From assembly GCF_009914755.1 (NCBI RefSeq), contig NC_060933.1: a DNA stretch of 64,000 nucleotides; one strand, 5' to 3'. The notes under the pieces were generated by a model. The model was not told where the DNA came from and searched no databases. It saw only the letters and a list, made by a program, of their open reading frames with translations. The position numbers and the translations under genes are program-made. The stretch's first letter is position 1. Each line of letters opens with the position of its first letter. Source of the DNA: the human T2T-CHM13v2.0 reference genome, Homo sapiens. Below, piece by piece: positions 40,320 through 55,400 of this stretch.

Positions 40320-43300
40320 ATCCGTAATGGAATGGAAAGGAATGGAATGGAATGGAATGGAATGGAATGGAATGGAATGGAATGGAATAAACTCGATTGC
40401 AATCGAATGGAATGGAATGGAATTAACCCGAATAGAATGGAATGGAATGGAACGGAACGGAATGGAATGGAATGGAATGGAACGTAACGGAATGGAATGG
40501 ATGGAATGGAATGGAATCAACGCGAGTGCAGGGGAATGGAATGGAATGGAATGCAATGTAATGGAAACTTCCGGAATGGAATGGAATGGAATGGAATGGA
40601 ATGAAATGCAATGGATTCAACTCGATTGCAATGGAATGGAATAGAATGGAATGAAATGGAATGGAATGCAATTAATCTGAATAGAATGGAATGGAATGGA
40701 ATGGAACGGAATGGAACAGAATGGAATGGAATGGAATGGAATGGAATGGAATGGTATGGAATAGAATGGAATGGTACGGAATAGAATGGAATGGAACGAA
40801 TTGTAATGGAATGGAATTGAATGGAATGGAATGGAATGGAATGGAATCAACGCGAGTGCAGGGGAATGTAATGGAACGGAATGCAATGGAATGGAATCAT
40901 CCGGAATGGAATGGAATGGAATGGAATGGAATGGAATGGAATGGAATCAACCCGAGTGCAATGGAATGGAGTGGAATGGAATGGAATGTAATGGAACAAC
41001 CCGAATGGAATGGAATGTAATGGAGAGTAAGGGAGTTGAATAGAATCAATCCGAATGTAATGGAATGGAATGCAACGGAATGGAATGGAATGGAATGGAA
41101 CGGAATGCAATGGAATGGAATCAACCCGAGTACAATGGAATGGAATGGAATGGAATGGAATGGAATGGAATGGAATGGAATGATACGGAATAGAATGGAA
41201 TGGAAAGAAATGGAATTGAATGGAAAGGAATGGAATGGAATGGAATGGAATCGTTCCGAGTGGAATAGGAGGGAATGTATTCGAGTGGAATGGAAAGGAA
41301 TGGAATCAACCAGAGTGGAATGGAAGGGAATGGAATGGAATGGAAACTAATAGAATGGAATCAACCCGAGTGGAATGGAATGGAAAGGACTGGAATGGAA
41401 TGGAATGGAATGGAATCAACACGTTTGTAATGGAATGGAATGGAATGGAATGGAATGGAATGGAATGGAATTAACCCGAATACAATGCAAGGGAATGGAA
41501 TGGAATGGAAACTAATAGAATGGAATCAACCCGAGTGGAATGGAATGGAAAGGACTGGAATGGAATGGAATGGAATGGAATCAACTCGATTGTAACGGAA
41601 TGGAATGGAATGGAATGGAATGGAATGGAATTAACCCGAATACAATGGAATGGAATGGAATGGAATGGAATTGAGTGGAATGGAATGGAATCAACCCGAG
41701 TGCAGGGGAAAGGAATGGAATGGAATGCAATGGAATGGAATCATCCGGAATGGAATCGAATGGAATGGAATGCAAAGCAATGGAATCAACTCGATTGCAA
41801 TGGAATGGAATGGAATGGAAAGGAATACATTGGAATCAACCCGAGTGGAATGGAATGGAAAGGACTGGAATGGAGTGGAATGGAATGGAATGCAATGGAA
41901 TGGAATGGAATGGAATCAACTTGATTGGAATGGAATGGAATGGAATGGAATGGAATGGAATGGAATCAACCCGACTGCAGGGGAATGGAATGGAATGGAA
42001 TGCAATGGAATGGATTCAACTTGAATGGAATGGAAAGAGTGGAATCAACACGAGTGGAATGGCATGGATTGGAATGGAATGGAATGGAATCAACCCGAGT
42101 ACAGGGGAATGGAATGGAATGGAATGCAATGGAATGGAATCATCCGTAATGGAATGGAAAGGAATGGAATGGAATGGAAAGGAATGGAATGGAATGGAAT
42201 GGAATGGAATGGAATGGAATGGAATCAACTCGATTGCAATCGAATGGAATGGAATGGAATTAACCCGAATAGAATGGAATGGAATGGAATGGAACGGAAC
42301 GGAATGGAATGGAATGGAATGGAATGGAATGGAATGGAATGGAACGGAACGGAATGGAATGGAATGGAATGGAATGGAATGGAATCAACGCGAGTGCAGG
42401 GGAATGGAATGGAATGGAATGCAATGGAATGGAATCTTCCGGAATGGAATGGAATTGAATGGAATGGAATGGAATGGTATGGAATCAACCCGAGTGCAAT
42501 GGAATGGAGTGGAATGGAATGGAATGGAATGGAACAACCCGAATGGAATGGAATGTAATGGAGAGTAAGGGAGTTGAATAGAATCTATCCGAATGTAATG
42601 GAATGGAATGGAACGGAATTGAATGGAATGGAATGTAATGGAATGCAATGGAATGGAATCAACCCGAGTTCAATGAAATGGAGAGGAATGGAATGGAATG
42701 GAATGGAAACTACCCGAATGGAATGGAATGTAATGGAGTGTAAGGGAATTGAATAGAATCAATCCGAATGGAATGGAATGGAATGGAACGGAATGGAATG
42801 GAATGGAATGGAATGGAATGGAATGCAATGGAATGGAATCAACCCGAGTGCAATCGAATGGAATCGAATGGAATGGAATGCAATGGAATGGATTCAACTT
42901 GAATGGAATGGAAAGAATGGAATCAACACGAGTGGAATGACATGGATTGGAATGGAATGGAATGGAATCAACCCGAGTACAGGGGAATGGAATGGAATGG
43001 AATGCAATGGAATGGAATCATCCGTAATGGAATGGAATGGAATGGAATGGAATGGAATGGAATGGAATCAACTCGATTGCAATGGAATGGAATGGAATGG
43101 AATTAACCCGAATAGAATGGAATGGAATGGAATGGAACGCAACGGAATGGAATGGAATGGAATGGAATGGAACGGAAAGGAAGGGAATGGAATGGAATAG
43201 AATGGAATGTAATGGAATCAACGCGAGTGCAGGGGAATGGAATGGGATGGAATGCAATGGAATGGAATCAATCCGAGTGCAATCGAATGGAATCGAATGG

Positions 43301-46300
43301 AATGGAATGCAATGGAATGGAATCAACTTGAATGGAATGGAAAGAATGGAATCAACACGAGTGGAATGGCATGGATTGGATTGGAATGGAATGGAATCAA
43401 CCCGAGTATAGGGGAATGGAATGGAATGGAATGCAATGGAATGGAATCATCCGTAATGGAATAGAAAGGAATGGAATGGAATGGAATGGAATGGAATCAA
43501 CTCTATTGCAATCGAATGGAATGGAATGGAATTAACCCGAATAGAATGGAATGGAATGGAATGGAACGGAACGGAATGGAATGGAATGGAATGGAACGTA
43601 ACGGAATGGAATGGATGGAATGGAATGGAATCAACGCGAGTGCAGGGGAATGGAATGGAATGGAATGCAATGTAATGGAAACTTCCGGAATGGAATGGAA
43701 TGGAATGGAATGGAATGAAATGCAATGGATTCAACTCGATTGCAATGGAATGGAATAGAATGGAATGAAATGGAATGGAATGCAATTAATCTGAATAGAA
43801 TGGAATGGAATGGAATGGAACGGAATGGAACAGAATGGAATGGAATGGAATGGAATGGAATGGAATGGAATTGTATGGAATAGAATGGAATGGTACGGAA
43901 TAGAATGGAATGGAACGAATTGTAATGGAATGGAATTGAATGGAATGGAATGGAATGGAATGGAATCAACGCGAGTGCAGGGGAATGTAATGGAACGGAA
44001 TGCAATGGAATGGAATCATCCGGAATGGAATGGAATGGAATGGAATGGAATGGAATGGAATGGAATCAACCCGAGTGCAATGGAATGGAGTGGAATGGAA
44101 TGGAATGGAATGGAACAACCCGAATGGAATGGAATGTAATGGAGAGTAAGGGAGTTGAATAGAATCAATCCGAATGTAATGGAATGGAATGCAACGGAAT
44201 GGAATGGAATGGAATGGAATGGAATGCAATGGAATGGAATCAACCCGAGTACAATGGAATGGAATGGAATGGAATGGAATGGAATGGAATGGAATGGAAT
44301 GATACGGAATAGAATGGAATGGAACGAAATGGAAGTGAATGGAAAGGAATGGAATGGAATGGAATGGAATCGTTCCGAGTGGAATAGGAGGGAATGTATT
44401 CGAGTGGAATGGAAAGGAATGGAATCAACCAGAGTGGAATGGAAGGGAATGGAATGGAATGGAAACTAATAGAATGGAATCAACCCGAGTGGAATGCAAT
44501 GGAAAGGACTGGAATGGAATGGAATGGAATGGAATCAACACGTTTGTAATGGAATGGAATGGAATGGAATGGAATGGAATGGAATGGAATTAACCCGAAT
44601 ACAATGCAAGGGAATGGAATGGAATGGAAACTAATAGAATGGAATCAACCCGAGTGGAATGGAATGGAAAGGACTGGAATGGAATGGAATGGAATGGAAT
44701 CAACTCGATTGTAATGGAATGGAATGGAATGGAATGGAATGGAATGGAATGGAATTAACCCGAATACAATGGAATGGAATGGAATGGAATTGAATGGAGT
44801 GGAATGGAATGGAATCAACCCGAGTGCAGGGGAATGGAATGGAATGGAATGCAATGGAATGGAATCATCCGGAATGGAATCGAATGGAATGGAATGCAAA
44901 GCAATGGAATCAACTCGATTGCAATGGAATGGAATGGAATGGAAAGGAATACATTGGAATCAACCCGAGTGGAATGGAATGGAAAGGACTGGAATGGAGT
45001 GGAATGGAATGGAATGCAATGGAATGGAATGGAATGGAATCAACTTGATTGGAATGGAATGGAATGGAATGGAATGGAATGGAATGGAATGGAATGGAAT
45101 CAACCCGACTGCAGGGGAATGGAATGGAATGGAATGCAATGGAATGGATTCAACTTGAATGGAATGGAAAGAGTGGAATCAACACGAGTGGAATGGCATG
45201 GATTGGAATGGAATGGAATGGAATCAACCCGAGTACAGGGGAATGGAATGGAATGGAATGCAATGGAATGGAATCATCCGTAATGGAATGGAAAGGAATG
45301 GAATGGAATGGAAAGGAATGGAATGGAATGGAATGGAATGGAATGGAATCAACTCGATTGCAATCGAATGGAATGGAATGGAATTAACCCGAATAGAATG
45401 GAATGGAATGGAATGGAACGGAACGGAATGGAATGGAATGGAATGGAATGGAATGGAATGGAACGGAACGGAATGGAATGGAATGGAATGGAATGGAATG
45501 GAATCAACGCGAGTGCAGGGGAATGGAATGGAATGGAATGCAATGGAATGGAATCTTCCGGAATGGAATGGAATTGAATGGAATGGAATGGAATGGTATG
45601 GAATAAACCCGAGTGCAATGGAATGGAGTGCAATGGAATGGAATGGAATGGAACAACCCGAATGGAATGGAATGTAATGGAGAGTAAGGGAGTTGAATAG
45701 AATCTATCCGAATGTAATGGAATGGAATGGAACGGAATGGAATGTAATGGAATGCAATGGAGTGGAATCAACCCGAGTTCAATGAAATGGAGAGGAATGG
45801 AATGGAATGGAATGGAAACTACCCGAATGGAATGGAATGTAATGGAGTGTAAAGGAATTGAATAGAATCAATCCGAATGTAATGGAATGGAATGGAACGG
45901 AATGGAATGGAATGGAATGGAATGGAATGGAATGGAATGCAATGGAATGGAATCAACCCGAGTGCAATCGAATGGAATCGAATGGAATGGAATGCAATGG
46001 AATGGATTCAACTTGAATGGAATGGAAAGAATGGAATCAACACGAGTGGAATGACATGGATTGGAATGGAATGGAATGGAATCAACCCGAGTACAGGGGA
46101 ATGGAATGGAATGGAATGCAATGGAATGGAATCATCCGTAATGGAATGGAATGGAATGGAATGGAATGGAATGGAATGGAATGGAATCAACTCGATTGCA
46201 ATCGAATGGAATGGAATGGAATTAACCCGAATAGAATGGAATGGAATGGAATGGAACGGAACGGAATGGAATGGAATGGAATGGAATGGAACGGAAAGGA

Positions 46301-46400
46301 AGGGAATGGAATGGAATAGAATGGAATGCAATGGAATCAACGCGAGTGCAGGGGAATGGAATGGAATGGAATGCAATGGAATGGAATCTTCCGGAATGGA
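40320..46400 (+). repeat. Tandem duplication of a ~3.12 kb unit
   Basis: ORF offsets of 3114-3134 (41036/44155, 42025/45159, 42903/46017). Shared variants: AACGTAACGG plus the 1-bp deletion GGATGGAAT (~40500/~43614), CAACACGTTTGTAA, GAAAGAGTGG, AATCTATCCG, GAATGACATGG. Confidence 0.85.
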
Positions 46401-47189
46401 ATGGAATGGAATGGAATGGAATGGAATGGAATCAACCCGAGTGCAATGGAATGGAGTGGAATGGAATGGAATGGAATGGAACAACCCGAATGGAATGGAA
46501 TGTAATGGAGAGTAAGGGAGTTGAATAGAATCAATCCGAATGTAATGGAATGGAATGGAACGGAATGGAATTGAATGGAATGGAATGGAATGCAATGGAA
46601 TGGAATCAACCCGAGTGCAATGGAATGGAGAGGAATGGAATGGAATGGAATGGAAACTACCCGAATGGAATGGAATGTAATGGAGTGTAAGGGAATTGAA
46701 TAGAATCAATCCGAATGTAATGGAATGGAATGGAACGGAATGGAATGGAATGGAATGGAATGGAATGGAATGGAATGCAATGGAATGGAATCAACCCGAG
46801 TGCAATCGAATGGAATCGAATGGAATGGAATGCAATGGAATGGAATCAACTTGAATGGAATGGAAAGAATGGAATCAACACGAGTGGAATGGCATGGATT
46901 GGAATGGAATGGAATGGAATCAACCCGAGTACAGGGGAATGGAATGGAATGGAATGCAATGGAATGGAATCATCCGTAATGGAATGGAAAGGATTGGAAT
47001 GGAATGGAATGGAATGGAATGGAATGGAATCAACTCGATTGCAATCGAATGGAATGGAATGGAATTAACCCAAATAGAATGGAACGGAATGGAATGGAAT
47101 CGAATGGAATGGAATCAACGCGAGTGCAGGGGAATGGAATGGAATGGAATGCAATGGAATGGAAACATCCGTAATGGAATGGAATGGAA

Positions 47190-50100
47190 TGGAATGGAAT
47201 GAAATGCAGTGGATTCAACTCGATTGCAATGGAATGGAATAGAATGGAATGAAATGGAATGGAATGCAATTAATCCGAATAGAATGGAATGGAATGGAAT
47301 GGAACGGAATGGAACGGAATGGAATGGGATGGAATGGAATGGAATGGTATGGAATGGAATGGAATGGTACGGAATAGAATGGAATGGAACGAATTGTAAT
47401 GGAATGGAATTGAATGGAATGGAATGGAATGGAATGGAATGGAATCAACGTGAGTGCAGGGGAATGTAATGGAACGGAATGCAATGGAATGGAATCATCC
47501 GGAATGGAATGGAATGCAATGGAATGGAATGGAATCAACCCGAGTGCATTGGAATGGAGTGGAATGGAATGGAATGGAATGGAACAACCCGAATGGAATG
47601 GAATGTAATGGAGAGTAAGGGAGTTGAATAGAATCAATCCGAACGTAATGGAATGGAATGCAACGGAATGGAATGGAATGGAATGGAATGGAATGCAATG
47701 GAATGGAATCAACCCGAGTACAATGGAATGGAATGGAATGGAATGGAATGGAATGGAATGGAATGGAATGGAATGATACGGAATAGAATGGAATGGAACG
47801 AAATGGAATGGAATGGAATGGAATGGAATGGAATGGAATGGAATGCAATGGAATCGTTCCGAGTGGAATAGGAGGGAATGTATTCGAGTGGAATGGAAAG
47901 AAATGGAATCAACCAGAGTGGAATGGAAGGGAATGGAATGGAATGGAAACTAATAGAATGTAATCAACCCGAGTGGAATGGAATGGAAAGGACTGGAATG
48001 GAATGGAATGGAATGGAATCAACTCGATTGTAATGGAATGGAATGGAATGGAATGGAATGGAATGGAATGGAATGGAATTAACCCGAATACAATGGAACG
48101 GAGTGGAATGGAATGGAACGGATTGGAATGGAATGGAATGGAATGGAATGGAATTAAATGGAATGGAAAGGAATGGAATAAACCCGTGTGCAGGGGAAAG
48201 GATTGGAATGGAATGGAATGGAATGGAATGGAATGGAATGGAATGGAATGGAATCAACGCGAGTGGAATGGCATGGAATGGAATGCAATGGAATGGAATG
48301 GAATGGAATCAACTCGAGTGGAAAGGAATGGAATGGAATGGAAAGGAATGGAATGAAATCAACTCGAGTGGAATGGAATGGAATGGAATGGATTGGAATG
48401 GATTGCAATGGAATGAAATGGAATGGAATGGAATGGAATCAATCATTCCGAGTGGAATGGAAGGGAATGTAATGGAGTGGAAAGAAGGGAATGGAATCAA
48501 CCCGAGTGGAATGCAAGGCAATGGAATGGAATGGAAAGGAATGGAATGGAATCAACTCGATTGCAATGGAATGGAATGGAATGGAATGGAAAGGAATGGA
48601 ATGGAATGAAATGGAATGGAATGGAATGCAATGGAATGGAATCAACCCGAGTGCAATCGAATGGAATCGAATGGAATGGAATGCAATGGAATGGATTCAA
48701 CTTGAATGGAATGGAAAGAATGGAATCAACACGAGTGGAATGGCATGGATTGGAATGGAATGGAATGGAATCAACCCGAGTACAGGGGAATGGAATGGAA
48801 TGGAATGCAATGGAATGGAATCATCCGTAGTGGAATGGAAAGGAATGGAATGGAATGGAATGGAATGGAATGGAATGGAATCAACTCGATTGCAATCGAA
48901 TGGAATGGAATGGAATTAACCTGAATAGAATGGAATGGAATGGAATGGAACGGAACGGAACGGAACGGAACGGAATGGAATGGAATGGAATGGAATGGAA
49001 CGGAAAGGAATGGAATGGAATGGAATGGAATGGAATGGAATGGAATGGAATGGAATCAACGCGAGTGCAGGGGAATGGAATGTAATGGAATGTAATGGAA
49101 TGGAATCTTCCGGAATGGAATGGAATGGAATGGAATAAACCCGAGTGCAATGGAATGGAGTGGAAAGGAATGGAATGGAATGGAACAACCCGAATGGAAT
49201 CGAATGTAATGGAGAGTAAGGGAGTTGAATAGAATCAATCCGAATGTAATGGAATGTAATAGAACGGAATGGAATTGAATGGAATGGAATGGAATGCAAT
49301 GGAATGGAATCAACCCGAGGGCAATGGAATGGAGAGGAATGGAATGGAATGGAGTGCAAACTACCCGAATGGAATGGAATGTAATGGAGTGTAAGGGAAT
49401 TGAATAGAATCAATCCGAATGTAATGGAATAGAATGGAATGGAATGGAATGGAATGGAATGGAATGGAATGGAATGGAATCAACCCGAGTGCAATCGAAT
49501 GCAATCGAATGGAATGGAATGCAATGGAATGGATTCAACTTGAATGGAATGGAAAGAATGGAATCAACAAGAGTGGAATGGCATGGATTGGAATGGAATG
49601 GAATGGAATCAACCCGAGTACAGGGGAATGGAATGGAATGGAATGCAATGGAATGGAATCATCCGTAATGGAATGGAAAGGAATGGAATGGAATGGAATG
49701 GAATGGAATGGAATGGAATGGAATCAACTCGATTGCAATAGAATGGAATGGAATGGAATTAACCCGAATAGAATGGAATGGAATGGAATGGAACGGAACG
49801 GAATGGAATGGAATGGAATGGAATGGAATGGAAAGGAACGGAATGGAATGGAATGGAACGGAACGGAATGGAATGGAATGGAATGGAATGGAATGGAATG
49901 GAATGGAATCAACGCGAGTGCAGGGGAATGGAATGGAATGGAATGCAATGGAATGGAATCTTCCGGAATGGAATGGAATGGAATGGAATGGAATGAAATG
50001 CAATGGATTCAACTCGATTGCAATGGAATGGAATAGAATGGAATGGAATGGAATGGAATGGAATTAACCCGAATAGAATGGAATGGAATGCAATGGAACG

Positions 50101-53100
50101 GAATGGAACGGAATGGAATGGAATGGAATGGAATGGAATGGTATGGAATGGAATGGAATGGTACGGAATAGAATGGAATGGAACGTATTGTAATGGAATG
50201 GAATTGAATGGAATGGAATGGAATCAACGCGAGTGCAGGGGAATGTAATGCAACGGAATGCAATGGAATGGAATCATCCGGAAAGGAATGGAATGGAATG
50301 GAATGGAATGGAATGGAATGGAATCAACCCGAGTGCAATGGAATGGAGTGGAATGGAATGGAATGGAATGGAACAACACGAATGGAATGGAATGTAATGG
50401 AGAGTAAGGGAGTAGAATAGAATCAATCCAAATGTAATGGAATGGAATGCAACGGAATGGAATGGAATGGAATGGAATGGAATGCAATGCAATGGAATCA
50501 ACCCGAGTACAATGGAATGGAATGGAATGGAATGGAATGGAATGGAATGGATTGGAATGGAATGCCTTCAAACCGAATGGAATGGAAAGGAATGGAATCA
50601 ACACGAGTGGAATGGAATGGAATGGAATGGAATGGAATGGAATGATACGGAATAGAATGGAATGGAACGAAATGGAATGGAATGGAATGGAATGGAACGG
50701 AATGGAATGGAATGGAATGGAATGGAATGGAATGGAATGGAATGGAATCGTTCGGAGTGGAATAGGAAGGAATGTATTCGAGTGGAATGGAAAGGAATGG
50801 AATCAACCAGAGTGGAATGGAAGGGAATGGAATGGAATGGAAACTAATAGAATGGAATCAACCCGAGTGGAATGGAATGGAAAGGACTGGAATGGAATGG
50901 AATGGAATGGAATGGAATCAACTCGATTGAAATGGAATGGAAAGGAATGGAATGGAATGGAATGGAATGGAATTAAACCGAATACAATGGAATGGAATGG
51001 AATGGAACGGAATGGAGTGGAATGGAATGGAATCAACCCGAGTGCAGGGGAATGGAATGGAATGGAATGCAATGGAATGGAATCATCCGGAATGGAATGG
51101 AATGGAATGGAATGCAAAGCAATGGAATCAACTCGATTGCAATGGAATGGAATGGAATGGAATGGTATGGAATAAACCCGAGTGCAATGGAATGGAGTGG
51201 AATGGAATGGAATGGAATGGAACAACCCGAATGGAATGGAATGTAATGGAGACTAAGGGAGTTGAATAGAATCAATCCGAATGTAATGGAATGGAATGGA
51301 ACGGAATGGAATTGAATGGAATGGAATGGAATGGAATGGAATGCAATGGAATGGAAACTTCCGGAATGGAATGGAATGGAATGGAATGGAATGAAATGCA
51401 ATGGATTCAACTCGATTGCAATGGAATGGAATAGAATGGAATGGAATGGAATGGAATGGAATTAATCCGAATAGAATGGAATGGAATGGAATGGAACGGA
51501 ATGGAACGGAAAGGAATGGAATGGAACGGAATGGAATGGAATGGAATGGAATGGTATGGAATGGAATGGAATGGTACGGAATAGAATGGAATGGAACGAA
51601 TTGTAATGGAATGGAATTGAATGGAATGGAATGGAATGGAATGGAATGGAATCAACGTGAGTGCAGGGGAATGTAATGGAACGGAATGCAATGGAATGGA
51701 ATCATCCGGAATGGAATGGAATGCAATGGAATGGAATGGAATCAACCCGAGTGCATTGGAATGGAGTGGAATGGAATGGAATGGAATGGAACAACCCGAA
51801 TGGAATGGAATGTAATGGAGAGTAAGGGAGTTGAATAGAATCAATCCGAACGTAATGGAATGGAATGCAACGGAATGGAATGGAATGGAATGGAATGGAA
51901 TGCAATGGAATGGAATCAACCCGAGTACAATGGAATGGAATGGAATGGAATGGAATGGAATGGAATGGAATGGAATGGAATGGAATGATACGGAATAGAA
52001 TGGAATGGAACGAAATGGAATGGAATGGAATGGAATGGAATGGAATGGAATGGAATGGAATGGAATGGAATGGAATGGAATCGTTCCGAGTGGAATAGGA
52101 GGGAATGTATTCGAGTGGAATGGAAAGAAATGGAATCAACCAGAGTGGAATGGAAGGGAATGGAATGGAATGGAAACTAATAGAATGTAATCAACCCGAG
52201 TGGAATGGAATGGAAAGGACTGGAATGGAATGGAATGGAATGGAATCAACTCGATTGTAATGGAATGGAATGGAATGGAATGGAATGGAATGGAATTAAC
52301 CCGAATACAATGGAACGGAATGGAATGGAATGGAACGGATTGGAATGGAATGGAATGGAATGGAATGGAATTAAATGGAATGGAAAGGAATGGAATAAAC
52401 CTGTGTGCAGGGGAAAGGATTGGAATGGAATGGAATGGAATGGAATGGAATGGAATGGAATGGAATGGAATCAACGCGAGTGGAATGGCATGGAATGGAA
52501 TGCAATGGAATGGAATGGAATGGAATCAACTCGAGTGGAAAGGAATGGAATGGAATGGAAAGGAATGGAATGAAATCAACTCGAGTGGAATGGAATGGAA
52601 TGGAATGGATTGGAATGGATTGCAATGGAATGAAATGGAATGGAATGGAATGGAATCAATCATTCCGAGTGGAATGGAAGGGAATGTAATGGAGTGGAAA
52701 GAAGGGAATGGAATCAACCCGAGTGGAATGCAAGGCAATGGAATGGAATGGAAAGGAATGGAATGGAATCAACTCGATTGCAATGGAATGGAATGGAATG
52801 GAATGGAAAGGAATGGAATGGAATGAAATGGAATGGAATGGAATGCAATGGAATGGAATCAACCCGAGTGCAATCGAATGGGATCGAATGGAATGGAATG
52901 CAATGGAATGGATTCAACTTGAATGGAATGGAAAGAATGGAATCAACACGAGTGGAATGGCATGGATTGGAATGGAATGGAATGGAATCAACCCGAGTAC
53001 AGGGGAATGGAATGGAATGGAATGCAATGGAATGGAATCATCCGTAGTGGAATGGAAAGGAATGGAATGGAATGGAATGGAATGGAATGGAATGGAATGA

Positions 53101-55400
53101 AATCAACTCGATTGCAATCGAATGGAATGGAATGGAATTAACCTGAATAGAATGGAATGGAATGGAATGGAACGGAACGGAACGGAACGGAACGGAATGG
53201 AATGGAATGGAATGGAATGGAACGGAAAGGAATGGAATGGAATGGAATGGAATGGAATGGAATGGAATGGAATGGAATCAACGCGAGTGCAGGGGAATGG
53301 AATGTAATGGAATGTAATGGAATGGAATCTTCCGGAATGGAATGGAATGGAATGGAATAAACCCGAGTGCAATGGAATGGAGTGGAAAGGAATGGAATGG
53401 AATGGAACAACCCGAATGGAATCGAATGTAATGGAGAGTAAGGGAGTTGAATAGAATCAATCCGAATGTAATGGAATGTAATAGAACGGAATGGAATTGA
53501 ATGGAATGGAATGGAATGCAATGGAATGGAATCAACCCGAGTGCAATGGAATGGAGAGGAATGGAATGGAATGGAGTGCAAACTACCCGAATGGAATGGA
53601 ATGTAATGGAGTGTAAGGGAATTGAATAGAATCAATCCGAATGTAATGGAATAGAATGGAATGGAATGGAATGGAATGGAATGCAATGGAATGGAATGCA
53701 ATGGAATGGAATCAACCCGAGTGCAATCGAATGCAATCGAATGGAATGGAATGCAATGGAATGGATTCAACTTGAATGGAATGGAAAGAATGGAATCAAC
53801 AAGAGTGGAATGGCATGGATTGGAATGGAATGGAATGGAATCAACCCGAGTACAGGGGAATGGAATGGAATGGAATGCAATGGAATGGAATCATCCGTAA
53901 TGGAATGGAAAGGAATGGAATGGAATGGAATGGAATGGAATGGAATGGAATGGAATCAACTCGATTGCAATAGAATGGAATGGAATGGAATTAACCCGAA
54001 TAGAATGGAATGGAATGGAATGGAACGGAACGGAATGGAATGGAATGGAATGGAATGGAATGGAAAGGAACGGAATGGAATGGAATGGAACGGAACGGAA
54101 TGGAATGGAATGGAATGGAATGGAATGGAATGGAATGGAATGGAATCAACGCGAGTGCAGGGGAATGGAATGGAATGGAATGCAATGGAATGGAATCTTC
54201 CGGAATGGAATGGAATGGAATGGAATGGAATGAAATGCAATGGATTCAACTCGATTGCAATGGAATGGAATAGAATGGAATGGAATGGAATGGAATGGAA
54301 TTAACCCGAATAGAATGGAATGGAATGCAATGGAACGGAATGGAACGGAATGGAATGGAATGGAATGGAATGGAATGGTATGGAATGGAATGGAATGGTA
54401 CGGAATAGAATGGAATGGAACGTATTGTAATGGAATGGAATTGAATGGAATGGAATGGAATAAACGCGAGTGCAGGGGAATGTAATGCAACGGAATGCAA
54501 TGGAATGGAATCATCCGGAAAGGAATGGAATGGAATGGAATGGAATGGAATGGAATGGAATCAACCCGAGTGCAATGGAATGGAGTGGAATGGAATGGAA
54601 TGGAATGGAATGGAACAACCCGAATGGAATGGAATGTAATGGAGAGTAAGGGAGTAGAATAGAATCAATCCAAATGTAATGGAATGGAATGCAACGGAAT
54701 GGAATGGAATGGAATGGAATGGAATGCAATGCAATGGAATCAACCCGAGTACAATGGAATGGAATGGAATGGAATGGAATGGAATGGAATGGAATGGAAT
54801 GGATTGGAATGGAATGCCTTCAAACCGAATGGAATGGAAAGGAATGGAATCAACACGAGTGGAATGGAATGGAATGGAATGGAATGGAATGGAATGATAC
54901 GGAATAGAATGGAATGGAACGAAATGGAATGGAATGGAATGGAATGGAACGGAATGGAATGGAATGGAATGGAATGGAATGGAATGGAATGGAATGGAAT
55001 CGTTCGGAGTGGAATAGGAAGGAATGTATTCGAGTGGAATGGAAAGGAATGGAATCAACCAGAGTGGAATGGAAGGGAATGGAATGGAATGGAAACTAAT
55101 AGAATGGAATCAACCCGAGTGGAATGGAATGGAAAGGACTGGAATGGAATGGAATGGAATGGAATGGAATCAACTCGATTGAAATGGAATGGAAAGGAAT
55201 GGAATGGAATGGAATGGAATGGAATTAAACCGAATACAATGGAATGGAATGGAATGGAACGGAATGGAGTGGAATGGAATGGAATCAACCCGAGTGCAGG
55301 GGAATGGAATGGAATGGAATGCAATGGAATGGAATCATCCGGAATGGAATGGAATGGAATGGAATGCAAAGCAATGGAATCAACTCGATTGCAATGGAAT
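47190..55400 (+). repeat. Tandem duplication of a ~4.2 kb unit (~47190-51380 and ~51380-55400)
   Basis: ORF offsets of 4192-4252 (47209/51401, 48188/52405, 49544/53776, 50662/54914). Shared variants: GAGTGCATTGG, CATCCGTAGTGG, GGAGTGCAAACTACC, GAACGTATTGTAA, GGGAGTAGAATAG, GCCTTCAAACCG, CGTTCGGAGTGG. Confidence 0.9.
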
